From contig CBDHDG010000007.1 of the NCBI GenBank assembly GCA_965261595.1, forward strand, positions 576,001 to 640,000: a DNA stretch of 64,000 bases. Direction: 5' to 3'. This document shows positions 9,746 to 19,876 of this stretch, piece after piece (position 1 is the first letter of the stretch; every line of letters begins with the position of its first letter). Both the position numbers and the translations under genes were made by a program. Origin of the DNA: a bacterium (GTDB taxonomy: Bacteria; UBA8248; JACPRG01; G963555815). The notes under the pieces were generated by a model. It was not told the DNA's origin, made no database searches, and saw only the letters and a list, made by a program, of their open reading frames with translations.

Positions 9746-10650
9746 GTCAGGCCCGCTTCACCTCCACGGGCAGAGCCTACGGCCTGAAGCGGGTGTGCGC
9801 CCTTTGGGGCTTGGCGCGCTCCACGGTCTACGCGCAACGGCGGCGAGAGGCGGTCCCCGTTCATGAACGCCCCACGCCCAATAAGCGCGGCCCTGTGGGC
9901 CCGTGCACCGATGCGGAACTCCTCGGCCACATCCGGCAGGTCCTGGAGGACTCTCCCTTCCATGGCGAGGGCTACCGCAAGGTGTGGGCGAGGCTGCGCT
10001 TCGCGGGCATCCGCACCAGCAAGGAGCGGGTGCGTCGCCTGATGCGGGAGGCGGGGCTTCAGGCCCCCCACCGGGTGGGCAAACCCCGAGGTCCCAAGGC
10101 CCACAACGGGACCATCCGCACCGAGCGGCCCGACCGAATGTGGGGCACGGACATGACGACGACGGTGACCACCGAGGAGGGGATGGCCTCGGTGTTCGTG
10201 GCGGTGGATCACTGCTCGGTGGACTGCGTGGGGATCCATGCGGCCAAGAGCGGCAACCGCTTCGAGGCCCTGGAGCCGATCCGGCAGGGGGTCGCCGAGC
10301 GCTTCGCCGGCTTGGAGGCGGACGTCGCCGAGGGGCTTAAAGTTCGTCACGACCACGGCCCCGCCTATCTGTCCGATGACTTTCAGCGGGAGATCGCCTA
10401 CCTGGGCATGACCAGTTCGCCCAGCTTCGTGCGGGCGCCCGAGGGAAATGGCTACTGTGAGTGGTTTATCCGCATCTTGAAGGAGAATCTCCTGTGGGTG
10501 CGCTCTTTCGCCACCGTAGAGGAACTGCGGTGGGCGCTGCTTGAGTTCAAGAACCTGTACAACCATCATTGGATTCTCGAGGGCTACGGCTACCGAACGC
10601 CGGCCCAGGCAAGGCAGGAAAAACTCGCTCAAGTTGCGGAGGCCGCATGA
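9733..10650 (+). CDS. IS3-family transposase OrfB
   Basis: DDE integrase core; overlaps the OrfA stop. Confidence 0.92.
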   Translation: MEAMSQARFTSTGRAYGLKRVCALWGLARSTVYAQRRREAVPVHERPTPNKRGPVGPCTDAELLGHIRQVLEDSPFHGEGYRKVWARLRFAGIRTSKERVRRLMREAGLQAPHRVGKPRGPKAHNGTIRTERPDRMWGTDMTTTVTTEEGMASVFVAVDHCSVDCVGIHAAKSGNRFEALEPIRQGVAERFAGLEADVAEGLKVRHDHGPAYLSDDFQREIAYLGMTSSPSFVRAPEGNGYCEWFIRILKENLLWVRSFATVEELRWALLEFKNLYNHHWILEGYGYRTPAQARQEKLAQVAEAA

Positions 10651-10711
10651 GGTCGAATACCCTCACCCGAGTGTCCAATAACCCAGGGGCGGTCCAACCC
10701 TGTCCTTGAGA

Positions 10712-10794
10712 GGGGCGGGTACAGAGCCCCGCCCCTACATCGGTTTTGATGGTAGGGGCTCTGAAATGTAGGGGCGGGGCTCTGTATCCGCCCC
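10712..10794. repeat. GTAG-type REP pair
   Basis: GGGGCGGGTACAGAGCCCCGCCCCTAC and inverted GTAGGGGCGGGGCTCTGTATCCGCCCC. Confidence 0.75.
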
Positions 10795-10907
10795 GATGCG
10801 TTGGCCAACAATCCACTGGCCGATCATACACGGGCCTGTAACAGAATCGTTGTGAGATATTCAGGCGAGGGCCGCGCCCGGAGAAGGTGGGAGGGAGATC
10901 GCCAAGC

Positions 10908-11714
10908 ATGACTGGAAAGACGAAGCGGCTCGCCGGCCGGTCGGCCATCGTGACGGGGGCCGGAAGGGGGATCGGCCGCGTCCTGGCTTCGACGCTGGCC
11001 GATGAGGGCGCCCGCGTGGCCGTGTCCGGCAGGAACATCGAAAACCTGGAAGCCGTCGCGGCCGAGATCCGCTCGGCGGGCGGCGAGGCCGCCGCCATCG
11101 CGTGCGACGTGACCCGCCGGGACCAGGCCGAACGCCTCGCGGAAAAAACCCTGGAAACTTACGGAGGCATCGACCTCCTCGTCAACAACGCGGGAATCCC
11201 GAGCCCGGTGGGCCTGCTCGTGGACGTGGAGGAGGCCGATTGGGAGGCCGTCATGGAGACCAACGTCAAAGGCGTGTTCCTCGTAACCCATGCGGTCCTG
11301 CCCACCATGATGGAAAAGAAGTCGGGGCACATCGTCACGGTCTCATCCATGGCCGGGACGCGCCAAAGCCGGAACGCGGCGACCATCCCCTACAGCGTCT
11401 CCAAGTGGGCGGTCGAAGGCTTCACGCACACCATGGCGATGCAGATGAAGGATTACGGGATTCGCTTCAACAACATCATCCCCGGTCCCACGATGAACGA
11501 TTTCCAGAAGGGCCGCTCCACGGTCGAGCGCCTCCTGAGCTTTCCGGGAGGGATGCGGCGGAACGAGTGGGTCGCGGATTCTTTCCGCTGCCTGGTCTGC
11601 GAATCGGGAGCCCTCACCGGCGGCCACGTCTCCGCCCCGGAATGGGACGCCGAGAACGGCATCGAGCGGGAACCGATCTCCGAAGCGAAAATCCGCGCGT
11701 TTTTGGAGGGTTGA
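10908..11714 (+). CDS. SDR family NAD(P)-dependent oxidoreductase
   Basis: TGAGRGIG, NNAG, YSVSK (YxxxK). Confidence 0.93.
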   Translation: MTGKTKRLAGRSAIVTGAGRGIGRVLASTLADEGARVAVSGRNIENLEAVAAEIRSAGGEAAAIACDVTRRDQAERLAEKTLETYGGIDLLVNNAGIPSPVGLLVDVEEADWEAVMETNVKGVFLVTHAVLPTMMEKKSGHIVTVSSMAGTRQSRNAATIPYSVSKWAVEGFTHTMAMQMKDYGIRFNNIIPGPTMNDFQKGRSTVERLLSFPGGMRRNEWVADSFRCLVCESGALTGGHVSAPEWDAENGIEREPISEAKIRAFLEG

Positions 11715-11728
11715 ATTCAACCTCACAA

Positions 11729-12069
11729 TCCCAGGGGTTGGGAACCCCCGTCGAAAACTTTCATTTCTGCGAAAGAGGGCGGCCCTTTGGGCCGCCCTCT
11801 TTCGCAGAACATCAGAATGGACGAGGATAGAGCGCTCTTTAATTATAGGAACCGCTCTTAGCCCGGTTGGTTTTTCGTTCCGTCCCATTCCCCTTGCTAC
11901 TCTGTCTGAAATTCAGTCACCTCGTATGCGTACGAGATCACCGAATAGCCGCGCCTAGGAGACGTGCGATGTTCAATTTCACCTCCAAGCGCGGGAAAGG
12001 CCGGGCAAAGCCCGGCCGCAAAAAGTTTTCGTGAGGGGTCTGGGGGGACAGTTTTCAAAATGTCCCCCC
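11729..12069. repeat. Modular GC-rich hairpin repeats between convergent genes
   Basis: AAAGAGGGCGGCCC-TTT-GGGCCGCCCTCTTT, GGCCGGGC-AAA-GCCCGGCC, GGGGGACAGTTTTCAAAATGTCCCCC; related copies near 2700, 5055, 30057, 35879, 46186, 59671. Confidence 0.75.
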
Positions 12070-13069
12070 AGTCTAATCAGCTTCTGGAGTATTTGTAAGA
12101 AAACTTAACTGACCAGCCCGCGCCGCTTGAGCTCATCGACGGCTTCATCCATCCGGTCGGCCGATTCGGCGTCCAGGGACCATTGGATCAACTCGCGCAT
12201 CCCGTCCTCGAAGCTGACCTTCGGCTCGAACCCCAGCGTCTCGCGCGCCCGCGTGATGTCGGCGAAACAGTGCCGCACGTCCCCTTTTCGGAAAGTCCGG
12301 GTGACCTCAGGGGCGATGCCCGCTTCGAGCAGCTCGCCCAGGGTCTCGGCGATGGCGGCGATGCCCCGGGGATCGCCCGTGCCGATGTTGAAGCTGGAAG
12401 GGCCGTCCAGGTCCCGCTCCAAGGCCAGCATGTTCGCCTGAACCACATCGTGGACGGAAACAAAGTCGCGCGTCTGGAGGCCGTCCTCGTAAACGATAAG
12501 AGGATGTCCGTTCTTCAGGCGGCTCAGGAAAATGGCGGCGACGCTCGTATAGGGGTTGCTCAAGGACTGGCGCGGACCGTAGGCGTTGAAGTAGCGAAGC
12601 CCGACGGCCTGAATGTCGTAAGTCGAACCGAAATTCAGGACGAGGTCCTCCTGGACCCCCTTGGTGATGGCATAGACGGAGTTCGGATGATAGGCCGCCG
12701 TCTCGTCCGTGGGGACCGGGGTCAAAGCGGACCCGCACGCGGGACAGAAGAGCTCCCACTCCAGCCGGGCCATCTGCTCCGAGGTCCGCAGCGGGGGACG
12801 GACCACGCCGTGGGTCTCGCACCGGTAGCACCCCTCGCCGTAGCTGCTCATGGACGCGGCCACGATGAGCTTTTGGACGCGGTGATCTTCGTTGGCCAGA
12901 ATGTCCAGAAGGTTCGCAGTCCCGCCGATATTCACGTCCACGTAATGCTTGATCTCATATTGACCCGCATTTCCCATATGGATGATAATTTTTAACGCCC
13001 CGAAGGCCGTTTTCTCGTGTAAAATCAAGGTGTTGGCCTCTCCCTGCCATCATCTTGCGAGGGGACCCG

Positions 13070-14418
13070 ATGGGTGAAGCGAAAAAGAGGCCGTTGAGGC
13101 TCCAATTCGACGGTCGGCTCAGGCTGGAGTTTCACGGAGCAAAGGTTACGAGTAACGCCGGTTTGCTTGCCTATCGTGAACTGGATGAGGTGTTGGGGCT
13201 GACGAAGGCGGCCGATGGGTTTCTGTCCGATTCACGGACGGGCGGGAACACCCGGCACAGCCTCACCGCTTTGGTGCGCCAGTCGGTCTACAGCCGCCTG
13301 GCAGGATATAAAGACACCAATGATGCCGAGCGGCTCTGTGTCGATCCCGCCATGCGTCAGGTGGTTGGGGGGCGAGCGAAGTATCACACCGCTGCCTCCA
13401 CCAGCCAGATGAGCCGATTCGAGACGCAGACCCTCACCCGGCCCCTTAACCCCTCAAGGCGCTGAGCGGTCTGCCCGGTGTGTTGGTGGATCGTGTCCGC
13501 AAACGCAAGCCGATTCGCAAGCTGATCCTGGACATGGACAGTTCGGTCAGCCCGACCCACGGTGAGCAGGAAGGCTCTTCCTACAACGGCCACTTCGGCT
13601 GCACCTGCTATCACCCACTGTTTTGCTTCAACCAGTTTGGCGATCTGGAGCGGGCGCTGTTGCGCAACGGCAAGGTCCACAGCGCTGATGACTGGTGGTC
13701 TGTATTGGAGCCGGTGGTAGCTCGCTACCGGGATGCGAAGGTCTGTCGGTTTTTTCGAGGCGACGCGGCATTTGCCAAGCCGGAGGTGTACCGATACCTT
13801 GAGGCGGAGGGCTACTCCTATGCGATTCGGCTTCCGGCCAACGCCATCTTGTACAGGGACATCGAATGCCTTCTGACCCGGCCGGTTGGCCGACCGCCCA
13901 AAAGGCCCATTATCTTCTACCACAGCGTCTCCTATCAGGCGGCTAGTTGGGAGAAGCCTCGCCGGGTGGTGGTGGCGGTCGAGTGGCACCAGGGCGAGTT
14001 GTTTCCAAGAGTCAGCTTCATCGTGACCAACCTGCACTGGCGGGAAGAGAACGTCGTGAGGTTCTACAACCAGCGTGGGACGGCGGAGCAGTGGATCAAG
14101 GAGGGCAAGTACGCCCTGAACTGGACGCGCCTGTCCTGCCACGGCTTTGAAGAGAACCAGGTCCGCTTGCAACTATTTGCCTTGGCGTACAACCTGGCAA
14201 ACTTCCTGCGGCGGCTGGCGTTGCCCAGAGCGGTGAAGCACTGGTCGCTGACGACGTTACGCGAGAAGCTGATTAAGATTGGGGCCAAGGTGGTCACCCA
14301 CGCCCGGTACACCACCTTCCAGATGGCCGAGGTGGCCGTGCCGCGTCAACTGTTCAGGGCAATCCTTGAACGAATTCGACGGTTGTGGTTACCGCCTCCC
14401 GTACCAGATACCGGATGA
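13070..14418 (+). pseudogene. IS1380-family transposase, frameshifted
   Basis: LRLEFHGAKVTSNAGLL, ILDMDSS, FRGDAAF, RGTAEQWIKEGK; frameshift ~13450; IRR ends at 14658. Confidence 0.9.
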
Positions 14419-14659
14419 CGGAGCAGATGGCCCGGAAGCTTAGTGACGTGGTGGAGACGGGGGATCAGTCTGCGCCGAACTCCCCTGAGTGTGCCGGTAG
14501 AGCTGGGTTTTCAAGGGATTGCGGCTTTAGGACGGCCGTTGCCCCTCGATTGAGCAGAGGGTTCTGCAAAGAGACCCTGAATCTGTAGTAAAATGGGGTA
14601 CTTTGATGACACAGGAGGACCGCAGGATGGCTAAGAGTGGTCATCTGGGAAATCCCGGT

Positions 14660-15267
14660 TTAAATCAAGACAACTCTTGTATTGACCACCCGTTGCTCTT
14701 TAACTCAATTAGAGCCCTCTTTACCGGGGCTGTCAACACCATTTCGGGCGCCTGAAACCCTGATCGGAGCGGTATCCGCCATTGGAAAACCATGTCAGCG
14801 CCGGCGTGTAAACGGGCTTGACCACCAGGTTTGGAGTCTTCGTCATTTTGCCCTTGTGTGGACTCCGCTTAGGGTCGCTAGACAGGCACCGGGCATCATC
14901 GCTTGATTCTCTCCAAGATAAGGGCAAATGTCTTCCTGGATACACCGACCTCGGCCAACTGGAAGGTGATGTGGCGGGCGTACCGCACGAGCCGGCCGCC
15001 CATTTTGAGGAGCTTAAGCTGAAGGCCGCGTAACGACCAGTGCTTGATCCCTCTCGGCAGGCCAGCAATCCCGCATCCGAAGTCATTCTGGTTCCGTGAA
15101 ACTCAAGCCTCAGCCGACGCTCAAAACGGACCTTCAACGCCCACTTTTTCGCTTCACCCATTGGATTACCCCGCGAGAGGATGGCTCGGGGAGGCTCATG
15201 CATTGATTTTACTCCAGAAAATGTCCTCCGGTCCGACAAAAGTTATGATCCATATGGGATATCTGGG
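14660..15267 (-). mobile_element. Internally deleted IS1380 derivative (copy B)
   Basis: MGEAKKWALKVRFERRLRLEFHGTRMTSDAGLL fused to 3' fragment LKLLKMGGRLVRYARHITFQLAEV. Confidence 0.82.
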
Positions 15268-15651
15268 ATTGAGACTGTCCGACCCCCACGGCGGCCGCCT
15301 TATGAAAGACCGCCTCGATCCCCCCCCCCGGAGGGCTTGCGCCAGGGCGTCCCGGTCGCGGATGTCGCCCCGGATGAACTCCGCCTCGGCGTTCAGGTAA
15401 TCGGGCGGCCCCCCGGACGTGTGGACCTGTTCGGTCAGGTTGTCGAAAATCCGGACCTTGTGCCCGCGGCGAACCAGCTCATCGACGATGAAAGAGCCGA
15501 TGAACCCCGCGCCGCCAGTGACCAGGATGTGCATGTCCCTATTCCTAACATGAATGCCGAATGAAGGGCGCGTGAAACCGGCCAAGAGTATAAAGAAACC
15601 GCCAAGCGGTCGGTAAGCGGGCCGTTCGCTCAAGGGAGAATCCGGCCGGCC

Positions 15652-16302
15652 TTACGGCTTCAGGAGCTTCCGCAGCTTTCGCTCCACCTCATCGGACTCG
15701 CCCGGATCGCCCGATCCGGCAGACATCTTTCGCTGAATCCATCGCGACAGGACCGACAAGACGTCCCCGCTTTTCTTCTTCCGAACCTCTCGCAGCTCTT
15801 TCGTGAGGCGATTGTCCAGGACGCCGTGCTGTTTTGTGGGAAACACCGAGGCGAGCGTCTGGGTCGCGACATCGAAGAAGGGCGCAAGCACGGAATCTTT
15901 GAGGAGCCCGCCTTGGGCGGTGGATTTGGACAAGATGGGAATCAAGAGCAGGAGGACGGAAACGAGAACCACGCCCTTGCCGAATCCGAAAACAGCGCCC
16001 AGGGATCGGTTGACGAAGGAAAGCTTCACTTTCTTGGCCGCCGCGTGGACCATCCGGCCCAAGGCCCCGACCAACAAACAGATCGTCACGAACACGGCGA
16101 TAAAGCTGATGATCCCCGCCAGCCGCTCGTCCGTGACCGCCCATTCGAGGTAGGGGGCGCCGTAACCGTAGGTCCGGCTCGCCGCCAGGTAGCCCGTAAT
16201 GAGGGCCAGAAATGAGAAAACCTCCCGGACCGCACCCCGGACAAAACTGCGGAGCACGGCGAGACCGACAATCGCGATTATGCAGTAGTCCAGCCAAGTC
16301 AT
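15652..16302 (-). CDS. cvpA: CvpA family (colicin V production) membrane protein
   Basis: MTWLDY...RGAVREVFS...NRSLGAVFGFGKG...DSVLAP. Confidence 0.85.
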   Translation of the reverse strand: MTWLDYCIIAIVGLAVLRSFVRGAVREVFSFLALITGYLAASRTYGYGAPYLEWAVTDERLAGIISFIAVFVTICLLVGALGRMVHAAAKKVKLSFVNRSLGAVFGFGKGVVLVSVLLLLIPILSKSTAQGGLLKDSVLAPFFDVATQTLASVFPTKQHGVLDNRLTKELREVRKKKSGDVLSVLSRWIQRKMSAGSGDPGESDEVERKLRKLLKP

Positions 16303-16335
16303 GCTTGAGTCACCCGGACGAACCCCGCTCGATCA

Positions 16336-17325
16336 TCAGATTCCGAAAGCGGTGATTCGATCACTTCCCGAATTTTTGGACTGGTACATGGCCTCGTCCG
16401 CCAGGCTGACCATCTGCCGCGCGTCGAATTCCGGTTTGAATTCCACCAGCCCGATGCCCAGCGTCGCTTCGCCCTCGTCCCGAAGAGCGTCCAGGATGCG
16501 CCGGACGATAGATTCGGCCTGCTTCAGACCCGCTTCCGGCAGGATGATGGTGAATTCATCGCCGCCGTAGCGAAACCCTTTATCCACATTGCTTCGAATT
16601 TTCTCTTTGATGAGGCCCCCGATGCGCCGGAGAATCCCGTCCCCGGCCAGATGGCCGTGGCGGTCGTTGAATGACTTGAAGCCGTCCGTGTCGAAGAGCA
16701 CCATGGAGAGCGGGTGATTTTGGCGCCGCGCCCGATCAATCTCGGATCCGAGAACGGTGAAGAAGTGGCGGTGGTTGTAGAGGCCCGTCACGTTATCCGT
16801 GATGGAGAGCTCTTCGAGGGTCCGGTTTTTCTCTTCGAGCTCCGCCGTGACTTCCTTGACCCGTTGCTCCAACTCCCGGTAGAAGCTGTCCTCCCTGCGC
16901 CTCACCTGTTGCTCCAACTCCCGGTAGAAGCTGTCCTCCCTGCGCCTCACCTGTTGCTCGCGAATGGACAGCGCGGCGGCCGCGAACAACTGGTCCGCAT
17001 TGAACGGCTTCAGCAGAAAGTAGTTGACCCGGCCTTCACGAAAGGCCTTGATGATCTGTTCCTGGGAGTCGTCGCCGGTGAACACGATGGACGCGACGTA
17101 GGGGTCCTCCGTGTTGATCCGGCGAAGAAGCTCGATGCCGTCAATGCCCTGCATCATGAGATCCGCAAGGACGATGTCGAACCGCTCCCGTTCAAAGATG
17201 TCGAGGGCCTCTTCGCTGCTCGTGGCCATGACGGTTTCATAACCGTCCATCTCGAGCATCTCACGGATAAGGAGGGCTTCCTCTTCCTCATCATCCACGA
17301 TCAACGCCCTGGCCGCATCTTCCAT
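16336..17325 (-). CDS. Response regulator diguanylate cyclase (REC-GGDEF)
   Basis: LIVDD, VLADLMM, KPF; TDNVTGLYNHR, DTDGFKSFND, RYGGDEF; start uncertain. Confidence 0.92.
   Translation of the reverse strand: MEDAARALIVDDEEEEALLIREMLEMDGYETVMATSSEEALDIFERERFDIVLADLMMQGIDGIELLRRINTEDPYVASIVFTGDDSQEQIIKAFREGRVNYFLLKPFNADQLFAAAALSIREQQVRRREDSFYRELEQQVRRREDSFYRELEQRVKEVTAELEEKNRTLEELSITDNVTGLYNHRHFFTVLGSEIDRARRQNHPLSMVLFDTDGFKSFNDRHGHLAGDGILRRIGGLIKEKIRSNVDKGFRYGGDEFTIILPEAGLKQAESIVRRILDALRDEGEATLGIGLVEFKPEFDARQMVSLADEAMYQSKNSGSDRITAFGI
16863..16959. repeat. Exact 45-bp in-frame tandem duplication
   Basis: Period-45 repeat encoding QQVRRREDSFYRELE twice. Confidence 0.95.
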
Positions 17326-17417
17326 TTCGGGTTTGCGTCCCTGGTTTTCTTGTGTGAGTAAAATCGAATCCGAATGAGAATTCATATCACTCCACTTACC
17401 ACACGAGATTCCGCCGT

Positions 17418-17903
17418 TCAACCGGATTCGGGGCTGTCCCGATCCTCGGAACCGAATAAGACCCACATCACAAGGGCGTCTTCTTTGTTATCCGGGTAAT
17501 ACCCCTTGCGGGTCGCGGCGGCGGCGAAACCGAATTTCGAGTAGAGCCCCGTTGCGGCTTCATTGGAGACCCGAACCTCCAGGGTTGCGCTGCAAGCGCC
17601 CTGAAACTTTGCCCGCTTAATGAGAGACAGCAAAAGTTGTTCCCCAACACCGCGACGCCGGTGATCGTTCCGGATGGCGAAGTTGGTGATGTGAGCCTCG
17701 TCTACAATCAACAAATAACAAGCATAGCCCGCCACCGCTCCCGGTTTGTCTTCCGGCTCGGCGACCAGGAGGTGCGAGATTCCCGGAAAATTGAGCTCGC
17801 TCCGGAAGTTTGCAGCGCTCCAGGGAACCGGAAAGGCTTCGACCTCGATGGCCAGAACGGCGTCGAGGTCCGCTTCCCGCATTTCACGTATCCGGACGGG
17901 CAT
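17418..17903 (-). CDS. rimI: Ribosomal protein S18 alanine N-acetyltransferase
   Basis: FPVPWS, DEAHITNFAI, RRRGVG, TLEVRVSN, RKGYYPDNKEDALVM; start uncertain. Confidence 0.9.
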   Translation of the reverse strand: MPVRIREMREADLDAVLAIEVEAFPVPWSAANFRSELNFPGISHLLVAEPEDKPGAVAGYACYLLIVDEAHITNFAIRNDHRRRGVGEQLLLSLIKRAKFQGACSATLEVRVSNEAATGLYSKFGFAAAATRKGYYPDNKEDALVMWVLFGSEDRDSPESG

Positions 17904-18124
17904 TTTCGGCCTGTTGGATGACATCGCGGACATTTTTCCGGGTTTCCGGGGTTCGTCGCCCCGGGGCTCGCAAAGGACTCCGGGACCCGCAAAGTTCCAT
18001 TGCTCCGCGACCGACACCCGGATACATTCTATATAGATCATGGTCACGCAATTGCAGTGATCATTGACCCAATGGTATAGTGAAATAGAGATGCCGGTTT
18101 TCCAGGAATTTCCGAGGATTCAGG

Positions 18125-18940
18125 ATGTTTGAAGAGAGTTGGGTTGTCATTCGGGGCGCCGGGGACTTGGCAACGGGCGTGATTCACCGTCTTGTCCGCT
18201 CCGGATTTCCCGTCATCGCGACCGACATTCCTTCTCCCACCGTCATTCGCCGGACCGTGGCCTTTGCCGAGGCCGTTCCCGAAGGCGAATGCACCGTCGA
18301 GGGAATCACGGCCCGCCGGGTGGACGACCTGGAAGAAGCGATGCGCGTCGGCCGGGAGGGGATCGTCTCCGTCCTGGTGGACCCAGGGGCCCAGATCGTG
18401 GAACGGTTGAATCCTTTCGCCGTCGTGGACGCGATCCTGGCCAAGCGGAACATCGGCACCCGCCGGGGAATCGCCGATGTCGTGATCGGCCTGGGGCCGG
18501 GTTTCACCGCGGGCGAAGACGTGGACGCCGTCATCGAGACCAACCGGGGCCACGATCTCGCCCGGGTCATCCTGGAAGGCTCGGCCGAGCCCAACACCGG
18601 CGTGCCGGGCAACGTGGGGGGGAAAAGCGCGGAACGGGTCCTGCGGGCTCCTTGCGCGGGCGTCTTTCAATCCCTCCGGGAGATCGCCGATCCGGTCCGG
18701 TCCGGTGAGACGGTGGCCGAAGTCGAAGGCCAACCGGTCGTGACGGAGATCGACGGGATTCTGCGGGGGCTGCTCCGGGACGGGTTGCCGGTGACCGAAG
18801 GATTCAAAGTGGCCGACGTGGACCCCCGGTGCCGCCGGGAGCACTGTTTCACCATCTCGGATAAGGCCCGGGCGATCGGGGGAGGCGTCCTGGAAGCCCT
18901 GCTCATGCGCCTCTCGATGCAAAATCGCGTCGCCGACTGA
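18125..18940 (+). CDS. yqeB: Selenium-dependent molybdenum hydroxylase system protein YqeB
   Basis: IRGAGDLATG, IRRTVAF, DAILAKRN, GLGPGF, ETNRGH, ISDKARAIGGGVLEA. Confidence 0.9.
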   Translation: MFEESWVVIRGAGDLATGVIHRLVRSGFPVIATDIPSPTVIRRTVAFAEAVPEGECTVEGITARRVDDLEEAMRVGREGIVSVLVDPGAQIVERLNPFAVVDAILAKRNIGTRRGIADVVIGLGPGFTAGEDVDAVIETNRGHDLARVILEGSAEPNTGVPGNVGGKSAERVLRAPCAGVFQSLREIADPVRSGETVAEVEGQPVVTEIDGILRGLLRDGLPVTEGFKVADVDPRCRREHCFTISDKARAIGGGVLEALLMRLSMQNRVAD

Positions 18941-18956
18941 TTTTCAGCCCTTCCGA

Positions 18957-19865
18957 ATGACACGCCCAGATCGGGATCACCCAAAACACGCCTTTCGCCT
19001 CGGCTCGATGGAGCTGCCCGTCCGGGAGGACGGCGCGAGCGCCTTCGTCCCCCCAGCCCAGTTCTACATCCCGGCCGACGGCGCGCTGGAAAAGGTCATG
19101 TGGGCGGTGTCCCAAAGCCTCCCCGTCCTCCTCATCGGTGAAACCGGCGTCGGTAAAACCCTCGCCATCCGCCACCTGGCCCACGAGACCAACAACGGTT
19201 TTCGCCGCGTCAACCTGAACGGGATGACGACCGTGGACGAGTTTGTCGGCAAGCTGATGATCAACGATTCCGGCACGTACTGGTCGAACGGGGTCTTGGT
19301 CCAAGCCATGGAGGCCGGTGACTGGCTCCTCATCGACGAGGTCAACGCCTGTCTGCCGGAAATCGCCTTTTGCCTCCATTCGCTGCTGGACGACGACCGG
19401 ATGATCGTCCTGACGGAATATGACGGGCGGATCATCCGGCCCCATCCGGACTTCCGGCTCTTCGCCACCATGAACCCGTCCGAGGAGCGGAAATACGGCG
19501 GGACCAAACCCCTCAACGAGGCCTTCCTGGACCGTTTTCCCATGACCCTGCGGATAACCTACCTCCCGGAGGATGCCGAGGTCGAAGCGGTCCGGGTCCA
19601 GAGCGGCAACCCCGACGAGGACGCGGTGCGGAAGATGGTCCGGTGCGCGGCGGATTTGCGGGCCGCCATCTCCGAGGAAAAGCTCTTCGGGTCGTGCAGC
19701 ACGCGCCGGGTGATCGACTGGGCCCGCATGGCCCGGCGGTTCGGCCCGCTCGAGGCCGCGCGGCACACGCTGATCAGCAAGGCGCCCGCCTTCGACGCAC
19801 GGGTGATCCAGGACGTCGTCGAGAACTACTTCGGCCCGCCGGACGCGCGGGATCAACCCGAGTAG
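18957..19865 (+). CDS. MoxR-type AAA+ ATPase (CbbQ/NirQ/NorQ-like)
   Basis: Walker A GETGVGKT, Walker B LLIDE, ATMNP, LNEAFLDRF, STRR. Confidence 0.9.
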   Translation: MTRPDRDHPKHAFRLGSMELPVREDGASAFVPPAQFYIPADGALEKVMWAVSQSLPVLLIGETGVGKTLAIRHLAHETNNGFRRVNLNGMTTVDEFVGKLMINDSGTYWSNGVLVQAMEAGDWLLIDEVNACLPEIAFCLHSLLDDDRMIVLTEYDGRIIRPHPDFRLFATMNPSEERKYGGTKPLNEAFLDRFPMTLRITYLPEDAEVEAVRVQSGNPDEDAVRKMVRCAADLRAAISEEKLFGSCSTRRVIDWARMARRFGPLEAARHTLISKAPAFDARVIQDVVENYFGPPDARDQPE

Positions 19866-19876
19866 GGAGCGAACCG

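Larger units (their letters stand above)
9293..10696 (+). mobile_element. IS3-family insertion sequence, copy 2 (intact)
   Basis: Near-identical to 5326-6730 in inverted orientation; 4-bp TSD ACCC at 9289-9292 and 10697-10700. Confidence 0.94.
12964..15267. mobile_element. IS1380 composite unit (IS copy A plus inverted deleted copy B) with one TSD
   Basis: Terminal IRs CCCGCATTTCCCATATGGATGATAA / CCCAGATATCCCATATGGATCATAA; 5-bp TSD ATTGA at 12959-12963 and 15268-15272. Confidence 0.88.
12105..15534 (-). pseudogene. NAD-dependent epimerase/dehydratase interrupted by an IS1380 unit
   Basis: N-part 15534-15268 (MHILVTGGAGFIG...AAAVGVGQSQ) rejoins C-part 12963-12105 (YEIKHYV...YAITK...RDF); also a homopolymer frameshift ~15325. 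Confidence 0.9.

Noticed and set aside
5326..10696. Composite transposon carrying pentapeptide genes and galU
   Set aside because: Each IS3 copy has its own TSD and the outer flanks differ (CTCC vs ACCC), so the insertions were independent
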